Source: Opitutia bacterium
GTDB taxonomy: Bacteria > Verrucomicrobiota > Verrucomicrobiia > Opitutales > T3Sed10-336
Length of the DNA stretch: 64,000 bases
NCBI GenBank assembly: GCA_003566885.1
Contig: PXBO01000060.1
Coordinates: forward strand, 144-64,143
Direction of reading: 5' to 3'
Part shown: positions 27,885 through 37,854 of the stretch, in pieces
How the letters are laid out: each line of letters opens with the position of its first letter
How positions within the stretch are numbered: the first letter of the stretch is position 1
Program-made: the position numbers and the translations under genes
Notes under the pieces: generated by a model
The model's database searches: none
Told to the model about the DNA's origin: nothing
What the model saw: only the letters and a program-made list of their open reading frames with translations

Positions 27885-30800
27885 TTATTCCGACCGATGA
27901 ACCGCCAGGCGGATAAAGCGTCTTTCCGCCGCACCCACCGGGTGTTCGTCGAAATAGGTCTGGCTGCCGGGCAAAACGAACGGGCCGTACGTCCGCAGGG
28001 GATACCATCCTTCCCGGAGGTCATCCGACGCTTCGACCACGTAGGTCAAACTGGGGTCCCCGATGTGCTCGAAGTGCAGCCAAAGGTATTCCTCCTCACT
28101 TTCACCCGGTTCTATGGACAGGTTGCGAATCTCAAAATCGGCCCACTCGACCCAGGCTGCGTTCGGATCGGCGTTGCCCCAGACCGTATGAATCAGACCG
28201 ATCTCCAGTTCCGCGCCGGTGGCCACCAAAGCGGGAAGAGTTTGACTGCCCATTTCGTCCCATGCTTCCCCATTCTGGCTGCGCAGAGCCGCCACCCTCC
28301 CGGTGGCGTGTTCGAATTCGATTCGCAGCCAGGGGTATCCGGGGGAGGCAGTAAAGGTGCCGTCATGAGTCCGTGCGAAATTCTGCACCACCTGCATACC
28401 GTTGCCGTGTCCGAAGGCCTCGAAGAAGTGATGGGCCACGTAGTGGGACACCCCGGCACTATTGTCGGACCGGCCAATATAGAGCATAGGCGCGGTGAAG
28501 TTTACGTAACCGCGGTCGAAGGTGCTGCCGCTGGAGGGGGCGCTGGCCAACCGCACGGTAGCCTGGAAATCGGCGTCGGCGGGAATCGCCCGAGCGATGG
28601 TGAGCGGATAGGCATCGCCGTAAGTTCCCGAGGAAGTCATATAGAGAACCCCGTCGCGAGCCTCGATTGTCGCGGCCGTTGCGCTGGAGGCCCCGGTAAT
28701 CCGGTCCCATCCGGTTCCGTCCAGCCCTTCGGCGAGGAAATCGCGGCCATAGTGGAACCCATCGGCAAAAGTTCCCTGCACGGGGCTGCGGCTTCTGCCC
28801 ATGATCAGCCTCGACGCCGCGTCACCGGGGACCGTCGGGTCGGCGCCGAGCGCATACTCGATCAGGTTGGGGAAACCATCGCCATCGAAATCCGCCCAAT
28901 CCGCCGCCGGACCGGTGTTTTCCGCCGAGCCGAAATGCGTCAAACGCCACTCTTCAATGAGCGGCTCGGCGGCCGGCACCACCACCCGATCGTAGATGAA
29001 GGCGTTCATGATCTCACCGTCGAAGTGGTACTTGGGGTTGCCGCTGGAGGCCGATTGGGCGAATCCGATGCGAAAATTCTTGCCGGGGACGTCCGCCTCG
29101 CCGGCGCTGTAGTTGCGATCCGCCACCTGTTGCCCATCGAGGTACAAAACGGCCCGTCGGCCGTTGTAGGTGAGCGTGACGGTCTGCCAGGTATTCAGCT
29201 CGATATCCACCCCGGTATCCCAGAATCCGACATTGGCCAGGCGCACGAAGATTCTTTGATTTCGGAGTCCGAAACCGCTTCCCCGCAACGCCGCGGTCCG
29301 CTCGTCGGAGGAGTCGAAAATTGCCGAATAATAGACATTGCTTCCCGGAGCACGGGGGAATACGCGGGCTTCCAGGGTGCGAACCAGACCGTCTCGGATG
29401 CCCGATTGGACTTCGGTATCGGTCCCGTTGAAGTCGCCCGGCTGGTTCACGAAAAACGCTCCGATCCGGTTCCAGGAGCGCATCCGTTCCAACGCGATTT
29501 CAATGGCGTCCAGAGTTACATTGTAAAAGCGCACGTCCGAAATATCCCCGGCAAACAGGTTTCCGTCCCAATCGCGCCCGACATAAAGCGCCTCAGGGCT
29601 CAGGTAATCGCCCGGACCCAGGACCTGTTCCGTAAATGCGGCCGCCGGACGGCTGTCTTCGGGTTGAGCGTCGACGTAGAGGATTCCATTGCGCCCGGCG
29701 TCGATGGAAAAGGCGAGATGGGTCCATTCCCCGACCGGGATGACGGACTGGGAGACATGTTCGGAAACCGAGGTTCCGTCGCTGATTATCACCCGAGCCC
29801 GACCCGAGGCATCGCGTGGAACGATTTGAAAATACCGGTCGCGAGCACCACCAAGGAAAAGCACCGGATGAACGGCGTTGGCCTCGGCGGGTTTCACCCA
29901 CATGCTGAACGTGGAGGCGCGGAGGGCGGCGACGTTGCGGTCCAGAACCGCATAACCGGATTCCCCGTCCAAGCGCAGCACGCGGGAGTTCAGTTGACTG
30001 TCGCTGATCCGCTGCGCGCTTCCCCGCAACAAGCCGTGGGCGCTGCCGAACTCATCCAGCAGCAGAGCCCCTTCGTGCTCCTGCATGCGGAATGATGCGA
30101 TCAGGCCCCGCGGCTTCGCCTGGGTGCGAACCCAGTAATCGACATACCAGTCGCCCCATGGCACGTGAGAATAATGCACACCGTCCGAGAGCGATTCCGC
30201 CATGGCGTAATCATAATCGAGAATGGCGTCACCGGTAATCCCCCCCCCGAGCGGACTCGTCTGACCACGCGCCAGGGCCTCATTGTGCAGACGAACGTTC
30301 CCCTCCAGCAGGGCATACTCCGTCACCGAGGCATTGTCATTGACCTGGACACTGCCGCGTACCACCCCCCGATCACGCACCCGCGCCTGCCCGCGGACGA
30401 TAGCCGAACCGCGCACCACCGCATACCCGGAGACCGCCGCGTTGCCTTCCACCCTCGCCTGTTCGGCCACTACTGCATAATCCTCGATCCGGGCGGAACC
30501 GGAAACCGTGGCATTGCCCAGCACCCGCGCATTGGGGCCTACCCAGGCGGAGGAGCTCACATTGGCCGAATTCGCCACCCAGCCCCCGCCGTTGGCATGA
30601 TGACTTCCGCTGGCCGTGTTCCAGTCCAGTTGACGTGCCGCCGGTTTCGCACCGTCGATTCGGACTTCGTAGGGATAACGCAAGCGGTCGGGATGGCGAT
30701 CCAAAGGCAACCGGTTGGCAGTCCATTCCAGGTTGAGCGCGGTATCCGTCGGAGTCGCCACCACCACCAAAAAAATCCGGGTTTCGTCGGGTTCCAGGGA

Positions 30801-32507
30801 AACCGATTCCACCCCCGGAGGGAACGGACCATGATAGCGTATGTTCCCACTTTGGCTGCGCGTGGCCAGACTCCACCGCCAGTCCTCCCGATCCCCGGGC
30901 ACGGCGATCCCCTCGAATTCCACCGTGACGGACGAGGATTCGACCTCGAGTTCGTGGTACATGTAAGCGAAGCGTTCCGGCGCACGGGCGGTGGGCACCC
31001 GCCACCAACCGGGCCGGTCCTGGCTGGGAATGAGCAGGGAGCCGGTAAGGTAATCGTGCCAGGCCCGATTCTGATTGGTATTCCAAAGCTGGCCTCGAAA
31101 CAGATCGGCCTGGGCAAAATCCAGGAACGGCCAGCGCCGCAAGCCATTGGCCACCACATCGTGCACGTCTTGCCCGGGGGGTAAAATCGCCGCCAGGGTA
31201 TCGTACACCGTGGCGTCGCGTGTTCCGAGGTACCATAGCTGCGCCGGAAGGTGCGGGTCCAGATCCGAACCCGGCTCCAGGGCCAACGCTTCCAAGGCTG
31301 TGTGAATCCGATAGTCCTGATAGATCAGACGCCCGTGGTCCTGGCGGTAGTTGGAATTGATCAACGGGAACATGGACAACTGCGCCCGCTGGTTGGCCGG
31401 AAAACGAACCGCGTGATGCATCTGCCAGGCTTGGCGCATGTAGTTGGCGTGCGACTCCCAGTGTCCACCCGCGAGGAAATTGATCTGGTGGCCTTGAAAC
31501 ACATGCGCCACCTCGTGCGGCACCGGATTGCCCCAACCCTCATCGAAGAGACCGCCGGCGGGCACGTTCAACCAGCCGAATCCGTTGCGGCCTCCCATCC
31601 AGAATCCGCCGTGCCAAGTGGTGTGGTTGACCTTATACCGATTGCCATCACGCCGCCAAAGATCCCAGTTTTCAAAGGGTTCCCGGTAACCGAGGATTTT
31701 ATGGAAAACCTGATGTGACTCCTCCGCCATTCGCAAAGCCCGCCGCCCATGAACCGGAGGATTGAGCCGCGAATCGACATCATAGGACGCCGGAGACCAC
31801 CAAAAAACAAAGTGCTTGGATTCCATACGACTGACATCTCCCATCGATTCTCCGGAGGCGAAACCGAGGTCTGTGTTCACCAGCAGTTCGTCTCCCGGCT
31901 GGTCACCAATCTCGATGTAGTCGATTTTGAATGACAAACCGGCTCCGTCGGTTCCCACCGGATACACCCGGAGATCGGCCAATCGGTCCCGCCACCAGAC
32001 GATCAGCCCCAAATCGATCCGGTAGGTCTCCCACTCACCCGTCTTATTCAAGTGACGATTTGGAATGCGGAACTCCCGTCCGGAGGAGGAGTTGCCCCGG
32101 TTTACGGACGTGCCGAAACGGAAAATCACATCGCCGGAAAAGTCAGCCGGCAGCTTCAATCGGGTCTGCAGGTAATTAAAGAAACCGAAGTCGAGGTCCG
32201 GACCGTCGAAATCGACCACTTGCAGGTAGGGAGCCGCCGTGCCCGCCGTGCCCTGTAGAGCACCCCCGGCAACCGTCAGAGCAGAAACCCCGTTCCCCTG
32301 CCACCCAAGCGGGTCGTCCTGCTCCCAGTCCCAGGCATAGGGGGCGACCGTCGTCGCTTCCCCCAACCGATTGCTTTCCTCACCCTGCCCCGGCAGCGGA
32401 GCGACCGCGATGATGGCAAAATCATCCTCGATGGCATAGGCAGACATGATAACCGGCGTTAGGCCAACCAATGCGTAAGGTGCGAGAGAGAGAAGTAAGC
32501 GACGCAT
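27885..32507 (-). CDS. Large secreted putative zinc metalloprotease (DUF6055-like) with hexapeptide repeats, LamG domains and the shared C-terminal domain
   Basis: 1540 aa. PHEVAHVFQ..WESHANY (HExxH plus E), VxGxAxV hexapeptide repeats, two LamG-like domains, DFDGDGFPNLIEYALG, and VEASDDLREGW..FIRL. Confidence 0.82.
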   Translation of the reverse strand: MRRLLLSLAPYALVGLTPVIMSAYAIEDDFAIIAVAPLPGQGEESNRLGEATTVAPYAWDWEQDDPLGWQGNGVSALTVAGGALQGTAGTAAPYLQVVDFDGPDLDFGFFNYLQTRLKLPADFSGDVIFRFGTSVNRGNSSSGREFRIPNRHLNKTGEWETYRIDLGLIVWWRDRLADLRVYPVGTDGAGLSFKIDYIEIGDQPGDELLVNTDLGFASGESMGDVSRMESKHFVFWWSPASYDVDSRLNPPVHGRRALRMAEESHQVFHKILGYREPFENWDLWRRDGNRYKVNHTTWHGGFWMGGRNGFGWLNVPAGGLFDEGWGNPVPHEVAHVFQGHQINFLAGGHWESHANYMRQAWQMHHAVRFPANQRAQLSMFPLINSNYRQDHGRLIYQDYRIHTALEALALEPGSDLDPHLPAQLWYLGTRDATVYDTLAAILPPGQDVHDVVANGLRRWPFLDFAQADLFRGQLWNTNQNRAWHDYLTGSLLIPSQDRPGWWRVPTARAPERFAYMYHELEVESSSVTVEFEGIAVPGDREDWRWSLATRSQSGNIRYHGPFPPGVESVSLEPDETRIFLVVVATPTDTALNLEWTANRLPLDRHPDRLRYPYEVRIDGAKPAARQLDWNTASGSHHANGGGWVANSANVSSSAWVGPNARVLGNATVSGSARIEDYAVVAEQARVEGNAAVSGYAVVRGSAIVRGQARVRDRGVVRGSVQVNDNASVTEYALLEGNVRLHNEALARGQTSPLGGGITGDAILDYDYAMAESLSDGVHYSHVPWGDWYVDYWVRTQAKPRGLIASFRMQEHEGALLLDEFGSAHGLLRGSAQRISDSQLNSRVLRLDGESGYAVLDRNVAALRASTFSMWVKPAEANAVHPVLFLGGARDRYFQIVPRDASGRARVIISDGTSVSEHVSQSVIPVGEWTHLAFSIDAGRNGILYVDAQPEDSRPAAAFTEQVLGPGDYLSPEALYVGRDWDGNLFAGDISDVRFYNVTLDAIEIALERMRSWNRIGAFFVNQPGDFNGTDTEVQSGIRDGLVRTLEARVFPRAPGSNVYYSAIFDSSDERTAALRGSGFGLRNQRIFVRLANVGFWDTGVDIELNTWQTVTLTYNGRRAVLYLDGQQVADRNYSAGEADVPGKNFRIGFAQSASSGNPKYHFDGEIMNAFIYDRVVVPAAEPLIEEWRLTHFGSAENTGPAADWADFDGDGFPNLIEYALGADPTVPGDAASRLIMGRSRSPVQGTFADGFHYGRDFLAEGLDGTGWDRITGASSATAATIEARDGVLYMTSSGTYGDAYPLTIARAIPADADFQATVRLASAPSSGSTFDRGYVNFTAPMLYIGRSDNSAGVSHYVAHHFFEAFGHGNGMQVVQNFARTHDGTFTASPGYPWLRIEFEHATGRVAALRSQNGEAWDEMGSQTLPALVATGAELEIGLIHTVWGNADPNAAWVEWADFEIRNLSIEPGESEEEYLWLHFEHIGDPSLTYVVEASDDLREGWYPLRTYGPFVLPGSQTYFDEHPVGAAERRFIRLAVHRSE

Positions 32508-32771
32508 AATATCGCTCCATGATGGTGGTTAACACGATCAAGTCGACCGGTTTTGATCCCTGCCCTCCAATTAGAATCCGGAAGTCAACCCCGTGCCCGC
32601 CCATGGTGAAACAAAAGAAAACGGATCATGCCGCCGCCAGCCCCTCAACTCCTGTCAAAACAACCTGTCCTCTTCGCCTGTAAAGAATCTGTAATATGCA
32701 CTCCAGGAGATAATTAGATTGACTACTCACGACGGTTTGTACATCAAATTGAACAAAAACCGTTTAAAGCC

Positions 32772-33560
32772 TTGACCAGATCATTCACATCTTCGACGTC
32801 TCGCACGTTCATTATTGGCCTGATCATATCGGCGATCGCATTCGGCTTATTCTCCGGTGCCATTCTGCAAAAGGGTTCCGCGCCGGCACCCGCAGAGCCG
32901 ACGTTCGTGCCGGTTCCGCCGGACGAGGGAGGCTCACGCTACAAACGATTCCTTACGTTGAACGAGCGCGTTCAACAGCGTCAAGGTGACCCTGAAATCC
33001 TCTTTCTCGGGGACTCGATCACGCAGGACTGGGAAATCACCGGACGGATGGTGTGGGATGAGTACTACGAAGGAAGAGCCCTGAATCTCGGAGTGGGGGG
33101 TGACCGCACCCAGAATGTCCTTTGGCGACTGGAGAACGGTAACATCGACGGCCTCTCCCCCCGCGTGGCAGTCGTGTTGATTGGCGTGAACAACTCCGGC
33201 CGCAATACCTCGACGGAAATTCTGCAAGGTGTGACCGCGGTGGTGGCAAAGCTGCGCGAAAAACTTCCCGAAACCAAGATCCTGTTACTGGGAATCTTTC
33301 CCCACAAAGCTGATTTCCACCACCGGCGCGGCCTGACCGCCCAGGTCAATCAGGTTCTGCCGCGCCTCGCCGATGGCGAAAACGTCTTCTTCCTCGATAT
33401 TGGGCACCGCTTTCTGGCCGATGACGGTACCATTCCCGATTCCATCATGCCGGACGAACTGCACCTCTCCGAAGCCGGCTACCGGATCTGGGCCGAGGCA
33501 ATGGAGGAACCCCTGAATGCGCTCCTGCTCGGCCGTCCTCTATCCTTTACTCACCGCTAG
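32772..33560 (+). CDS. SGNH/GDSL hydrolase (PAF-acetylhydrolase IB-like)
   Basis: FLGDSIT, GVGGDRTQNVLWRL, IGVNN and DELH; N-terminal TM. Confidence 0.92.
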   Translation: MTRSFTSSTSRTFIIGLIISAIAFGLFSGAILQKGSAPAPAEPTFVPVPPDEGGSRYKRFLTLNERVQQRQGDPEILFLGDSITQDWEITGRMVWDEYYEGRALNLGVGGDRTQNVLWRLENGNIDGLSPRVAVVLIGVNNSGRNTSTEILQGVTAVVAKLREKLPETKILLLGIFPHKADFHHRRGLTAQVNQVLPRLADGENVFFLDIGHRFLADDGTIPDSIMPDELHLSEAGYRIWAEAMEEPLNALLLGRPLSFTHR

Positions 33561-33670
33561 GTTCGCCGGCTGGCTCATTCCTTACCCGGCTTCGTCCCGG
33601 GCAAACGATTCAAAGGTTCGACGATATCGGGTCGCCGGCGAGAGGAAAGGCGTCCGGATCGAACCCGCCT

Positions 33671-35296
33671 TCAGTCCGAATCCGCCGGACCGAGATAGTG
33701 TCCCTCGGAAGAATACTCCCGGTCGAAGGGCAGATCGGGATGGCCCAGGACAAAATTTTCCGTGCGGGAAAGGGATTCAGGAAAAGGATAATATTCCGGA
33801 CTCAGAAAATGAACGTAGTAGGAAAGCGATCCGCCCACCTCCCCGGTTACGGAATTGTATTCAACCACCACGGACGGCCTGTCGAACTCCGAAAAATACC
33901 GCTGGGCTCCCGACGCGAGCCACCGGGCGTCACTGTCGGCTACCGACTCCATCGGAGCCGCGTCCTCATGATTAAAAGCAGGGGCTTCGGAGACCCCCGT
34001 GACCGCGGAGACACGGGAGAACGTGGGAATGGCGATCGATGCCATCATCGCCAACGGGAAAGCGCCCGCCCTCGCAAGTGAGCTTTTATGAGAGGCCGGC
34101 AATTCCGAACGCACGAGAATTCCATCCGGAAGATTGTGACGCAGGGATACGGTCGGACGATTCGCCCGGGGCATCCAAGAGCTTAAGAAACGAAAGACAG
34201 GCCCCATTTCGTCATCATCGCCCAGTGATGTCATAAAGTGACGCAGTTCCTCGTAAGCCTCGGGACGAACAAACTCGATCTGGTTTCCCCTCGCTCCCCC
34301 CAACGCCTGTACCGCGTTCTGAAAAGAAACGTCATTCCCCAGATGATTATTCTGAAGTCCGAGCACCCGGTCAAGGTGGTCCTCTGAAGACGCGATGAAG
34401 ATATCATCCCCCTGAGCTAGAAACACCAGGCGGCTGTTCGTGAGCTCGGGATCGATCGGATCCCGCATTCGATAGGCGGGGTTTCCTTCGCGCTCGAATG
34501 CTTCAAAGCGCAGATCGTTCGCGATAAAGCCGGTTAGGATCGGCCCCAAATTTTCCACCCGGGCAAAAAACTCGATGCCCGGAATTGATACGTTGGTATC
34601 CGGAATCGGAACGCGCGCCGTTCGGTCGAGGTTCACCGCGGCCGACAGGCGGCCCCTAAGCTGTTCCACCAGCGCTCCATAGGTGATCTCGTAACCGGGT
34701 TCAATCGGCTCCTGGAGCGCGGCCTCTATCATATTGGGTCCGGCTTCTCCCATCACCACCCGGGAAACATTTTTAACGGTTTCGAGCAGCGCGGGGATAT
34801 TGTACTCGATTTCATAAAAATAACTGGCGTCAGCCGGAGTGTAGGGCAGTCCGACGAAAGGCCCGGGCTCGCCCCCAAACGCTTGAAACAATCCGTTCCT
34901 TCCTTCCGGAAGGTACAAAAAGACGCTGTTCCGATAGAGCCCCTGATGCCGGACGGAGGAAAGCCCGAACGCCCGCAGGCCGTTCAAATTGGCCTCCCTC
35001 AACATGGCTTCGGCGCTGACGGGAATCGGTGGGATGGGCGAAACCGCCTCCTGAATTATTCCAATGAGCGGCTCAATCTTACGGGCCAGGGATAACAAAT
35101 CCTCCTCCAGGTCCACGTAAAGAAACACCGGACCGCCGAGCTCGAGGCGTTCCGCAACCGGCAGGAAGGCGTCACTGATTTCGCCCTCATGCAAAGCCAG
35201 CTCGCCCCGAGCCGGCAATGCCGCAAAAAGCGCCGTTATCGCCAGGCAACCGGCAACGCGAATAATGGGAGGGATATTCTTAAGGCAGGTCTTCAT
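33671..35296 (-). CDS. Secreted hypothetical protein with a C-terminal pilin-like segment
   Basis: 541 aa with signal peptide; late MMASIAIPTFSRV..DARWLASGAQRYFSE. Confidence 0.75.
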   Translation of the reverse strand: MKTCLKNIPPIIRVAGCLAITALFAALPARGELALHEGEISDAFLPVAERLELGGPVFLYVDLEEDLLSLARKIEPLIGIIQEAVSPIPPIPVSAEAMLREANLNGLRAFGLSSVRHQGLYRNSVFLYLPEGRNGLFQAFGGEPGPFVGLPYTPADASYFYEIEYNIPALLETVKNVSRVVMGEAGPNMIEAALQEPIEPGYEITYGALVEQLRGRLSAAVNLDRTARVPIPDTNVSIPGIEFFARVENLGPILTGFIANDLRFEAFEREGNPAYRMRDPIDPELTNSRLVFLAQGDDIFIASSEDHLDRVLGLQNNHLGNDVSFQNAVQALGGARGNQIEFVRPEAYEELRHFMTSLGDDDEMGPVFRFLSSWMPRANRPTVSLRHNLPDGILVRSELPASHKSSLARAGAFPLAMMASIAIPTFSRVSAVTGVSEAPAFNHEDAAPMESVADSDARWLASGAQRYFSEFDRPSVVVEYNSVTGEVGGSLSYYVHFLSPEYYPFPESLSRTENFVLGHPDLPFDREYSSEGHYLGPADSD

Positions 35297-35376
35297 GAGA
35301 AGTACGCAAATTACCCTCGATTTCCGACGGATGCGAGCAAGAAATTTGGCGCCGGAATTGCGGTTCCCGGCAACCT

Positions 35377-37566
35377 TTACCGGTCGAGCTCGACCGGATC
35401 GATGCCTTCATGGGTCGGCTGCACCCGGAGGATCCGGCCGTCTTCGTCGAACTCCATCCGGTCGATACAGGTTTCACGGTGAAACCCGGCATCGCCTCCC
35501 ATCTCGATGCCTTTCGGGTAGGTAAATCGATGATACACGATGTACCATTCGTCGCGACCGGGGACCTGAATGACGGAGTTATGCCCGGTCCCGTAGATGC
35601 CGATGGAGGGATCCTTGGCGATCACCAGGTTGTCTTCGGGAATCTCGAGCGGACCCAGGGGTGAATCGGCCATGGCGTAGCGCACACGATAGTTCTCACT
35701 CCGAGTGTCGTCCTCCGACCAAAGGAAGTAATACTTTCCCTCCCGGTACAGCACGTGTACGCCTTCCCGGAAGGTGCGGTCGGGTGTCATGACCACGATG
35801 CTGTCCTCCTTGAGAGAAACCATGTCGTCGTTGAGTTCCGCTCCGGCCATGTACCCGTTGCCCCAATACAGGAAATACTTTCCGCTTACCGGATCGCGAA
35901 ACACATCCGGATCAATGTGCTGTCCGCCCGTTACGCCTTCCGGAAAGGTATCGACCAGGGGCTGGCCGATATCGACGAACCGTCCGTCCGGCTCGTCCGA
36001 AACCGCAACGCCGACTCGCTGCGCGGCCGTGAAATAATAAAAGTAGCGATACTCGCCATCGATTTGTCGCTCGATCATGGCGGGGGCCCAGGCGTTGCGG
36101 CTGGTCCAGGAGACGTCTTCCTCCAGGTCGAGAATCACTCCCTCGTCAACCCAGTCCACGAGGTTGTCGGAGGAAAATGTCTTGAAATACGTGCCCGACC
36201 AGCCCAGGTAACCATCGCTGGTGGGGTAGATGTAGAAACGTTCGTTCTTTTCAGAGAAGATGATATCGGGATCGGCATAGTAACCGTCGAGCACGGGGTT
36301 GTGCCAGACCTCTGCGGAAACCTCGAAGGTCAGGCGGGGCTCCCCGTCGAATTCCAAGGTGTAAGTGACCGGTCCCGCGCTGAAATCCTGCGCTCCCTCG
36401 GGAATAACGGAAATCCCGGATAGGGTTTCGAACCGGGGATCGAAGCGAGCCGGATCCGCCCCTCGCCACAATGGGATATGCATTGTGCCGGCATCGGTAT
36501 CGACGGAGATATTGCGGTGGCGGACGTATTCCGCCCCCACTCCGGTGACAAAGTGCTCCAGCGACCCCCATTCCTCGAGCAAGCGAACGTGTTCTTCGCG
36601 GGTGATCGACATCACCGAACCGTGACGCGGCCGGAAATCCATGGAGATACGGTCATCGACCAACTCGAAATTCAGGAGGTCGGTGCTTTCGGCGAACTGG
36701 TAGTCTCCCCGGATGTAAACATCGTACATGAGGATCCAACGATCACTGTCGTGCAAACGAAATACCGCCGATCCCTCGACCGCTTCCCGGGTTTTGTCCA
36801 CCCGCTCGGTGCTGTGAAGCTCATACCCTTCCGTCAAACGATCCGAGATCGCCACCTTGATTCCCGGGTCGATGTCGTCGGCTTTGTGGAAGAGGTAATA
36901 CTTCCCGTAATGGTAAACGATATCGCCATCGATGGACGCGCGGTTTTGGCTCTCAGCCGGCGGGAAATAAAGCTGCTCCGGCGTGGTGGCGAGAGCCGTG
37001 AAATCGTCATTGGCATAGGCGTAATAGATGATATCCGGTTCATTCGGGGATTTCATGGAAAAATACACCATGTACTTGCCGGTCTCGGGATCGTAGATGG
37101 TCTGCGGCGCCCAGACGCGATAGACATCCCCGAATTCCTCGGGGAAGGCCTCATGTATATCCACCACCGACGACTCCCAGTGAATCAGGTCACTCGACTT
37201 CATCAGCACCATGGCGTGATTGCTCCAGCCCATGGTGGGAACGTGAAGGTCGGTCACCACCATGTAAAACGTTTCCCCATCCTCACCCCGGATCACGTGC
37301 GGGTCGCGCACCCCGCCCGAATTACTGATCTCACGGGAATCGACGATGGGCCGATTCTGGTTCAACGCCCGCCAATTGAACCCGTCCTCGCTCACGGCGA
37401 AATGAATCTGTTCCTGTCCGGGGCCGTTGCCGACAAAGTAGGAGAATAAATAAGCCGAGTACTCCTCTCCCGACCTGGGTTCCAATTCGGAGCATCCGGT
37501 CAGACCGGTTAGGATGATCACCATCGCACCACACAGGCGGCATAGAGCCTTTTCAAAGCAGTTCAT
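35377..37566 (-). CDS. Lipoprotein with two glycoside hydrolase family 43 domains
   Basis: Lipobox LTGC. Domain 1: GVRDP, WAPQ, IDGD, EG. Domain 2: YADP, WAP, IDP, REG, TGHNS. Confidence 0.92.
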   Translation of the reverse strand: MNCFEKALCRLCGAMVIILTGLTGCSELEPRSGEEYSAYLFSYFVGNGPGQEQIHFAVSEDGFNWRALNQNRPIVDSREISNSGGVRDPHVIRGEDGETFYMVVTDLHVPTMGWSNHAMVLMKSSDLIHWESSVVDIHEAFPEEFGDVYRVWAPQTIYDPETGKYMVYFSMKSPNEPDIIYYAYANDDFTALATTPEQLYFPPAESQNRASIDGDIVYHYGKYYLFHKADDIDPGIKVAISDRLTEGYELHSTERVDKTREAVEGSAVFRLHDSDRWILMYDVYIRGDYQFAESTDLLNFELVDDRISMDFRPRHGSVMSITREEHVRLLEEWGSLEHFVTGVGAEYVRHRNISVDTDAGTMHIPLWRGADPARFDPRFETLSGISVIPEGAQDFSAGPVTYTLEFDGEPRLTFEVSAEVWHNPVLDGYYADPDIIFSEKNERFYIYPTSDGYLGWSGTYFKTFSSDNLVDWVDEGVILDLEEDVSWTSRNAWAPAMIERQIDGEYRYFYYFTAAQRVGVAVSDEPDGRFVDIGQPLVDTFPEGVTGGQHIDPDVFRDPVSGKYFLYWGNGYMAGAELNDDMVSLKEDSIVVMTPDRTFREGVHVLYREGKYYFLWSEDDTRSENYRVRYAMADSPLGPLEIPEDNLVIAKDPSIGIYGTGHNSVIQVPGRDEWYIVYHRFTYPKGIEMGGDAGFHRETCIDRMEFDEDGRILRVQPTHEGIDPVELDR

Positions 37567-37854
37567 CGATCACATCCTTCATTTAGTTCGCTGACATTTC
37601 CCGGTCCGCCGTGAATCGCCACGTATAAACCGGGTGTCTGGATAAGATCGCGCGTCTCTTAATTGATCACAAGTGCAAAGCGGCTAATAAGGGCTGATGC
37701 GGGGGGAATTTCACCTTTGTTAATCTCTCCCATCACCGCCACTGATATCGAAACCCACCACGCCTTCCTTCATGTAACAATCGCTGAAGATGCGTCTGCA
37801 AGCGGACACGCCACGATAAGATTCACATCCCTACCCTTTCAATGGTCCCTCCGC

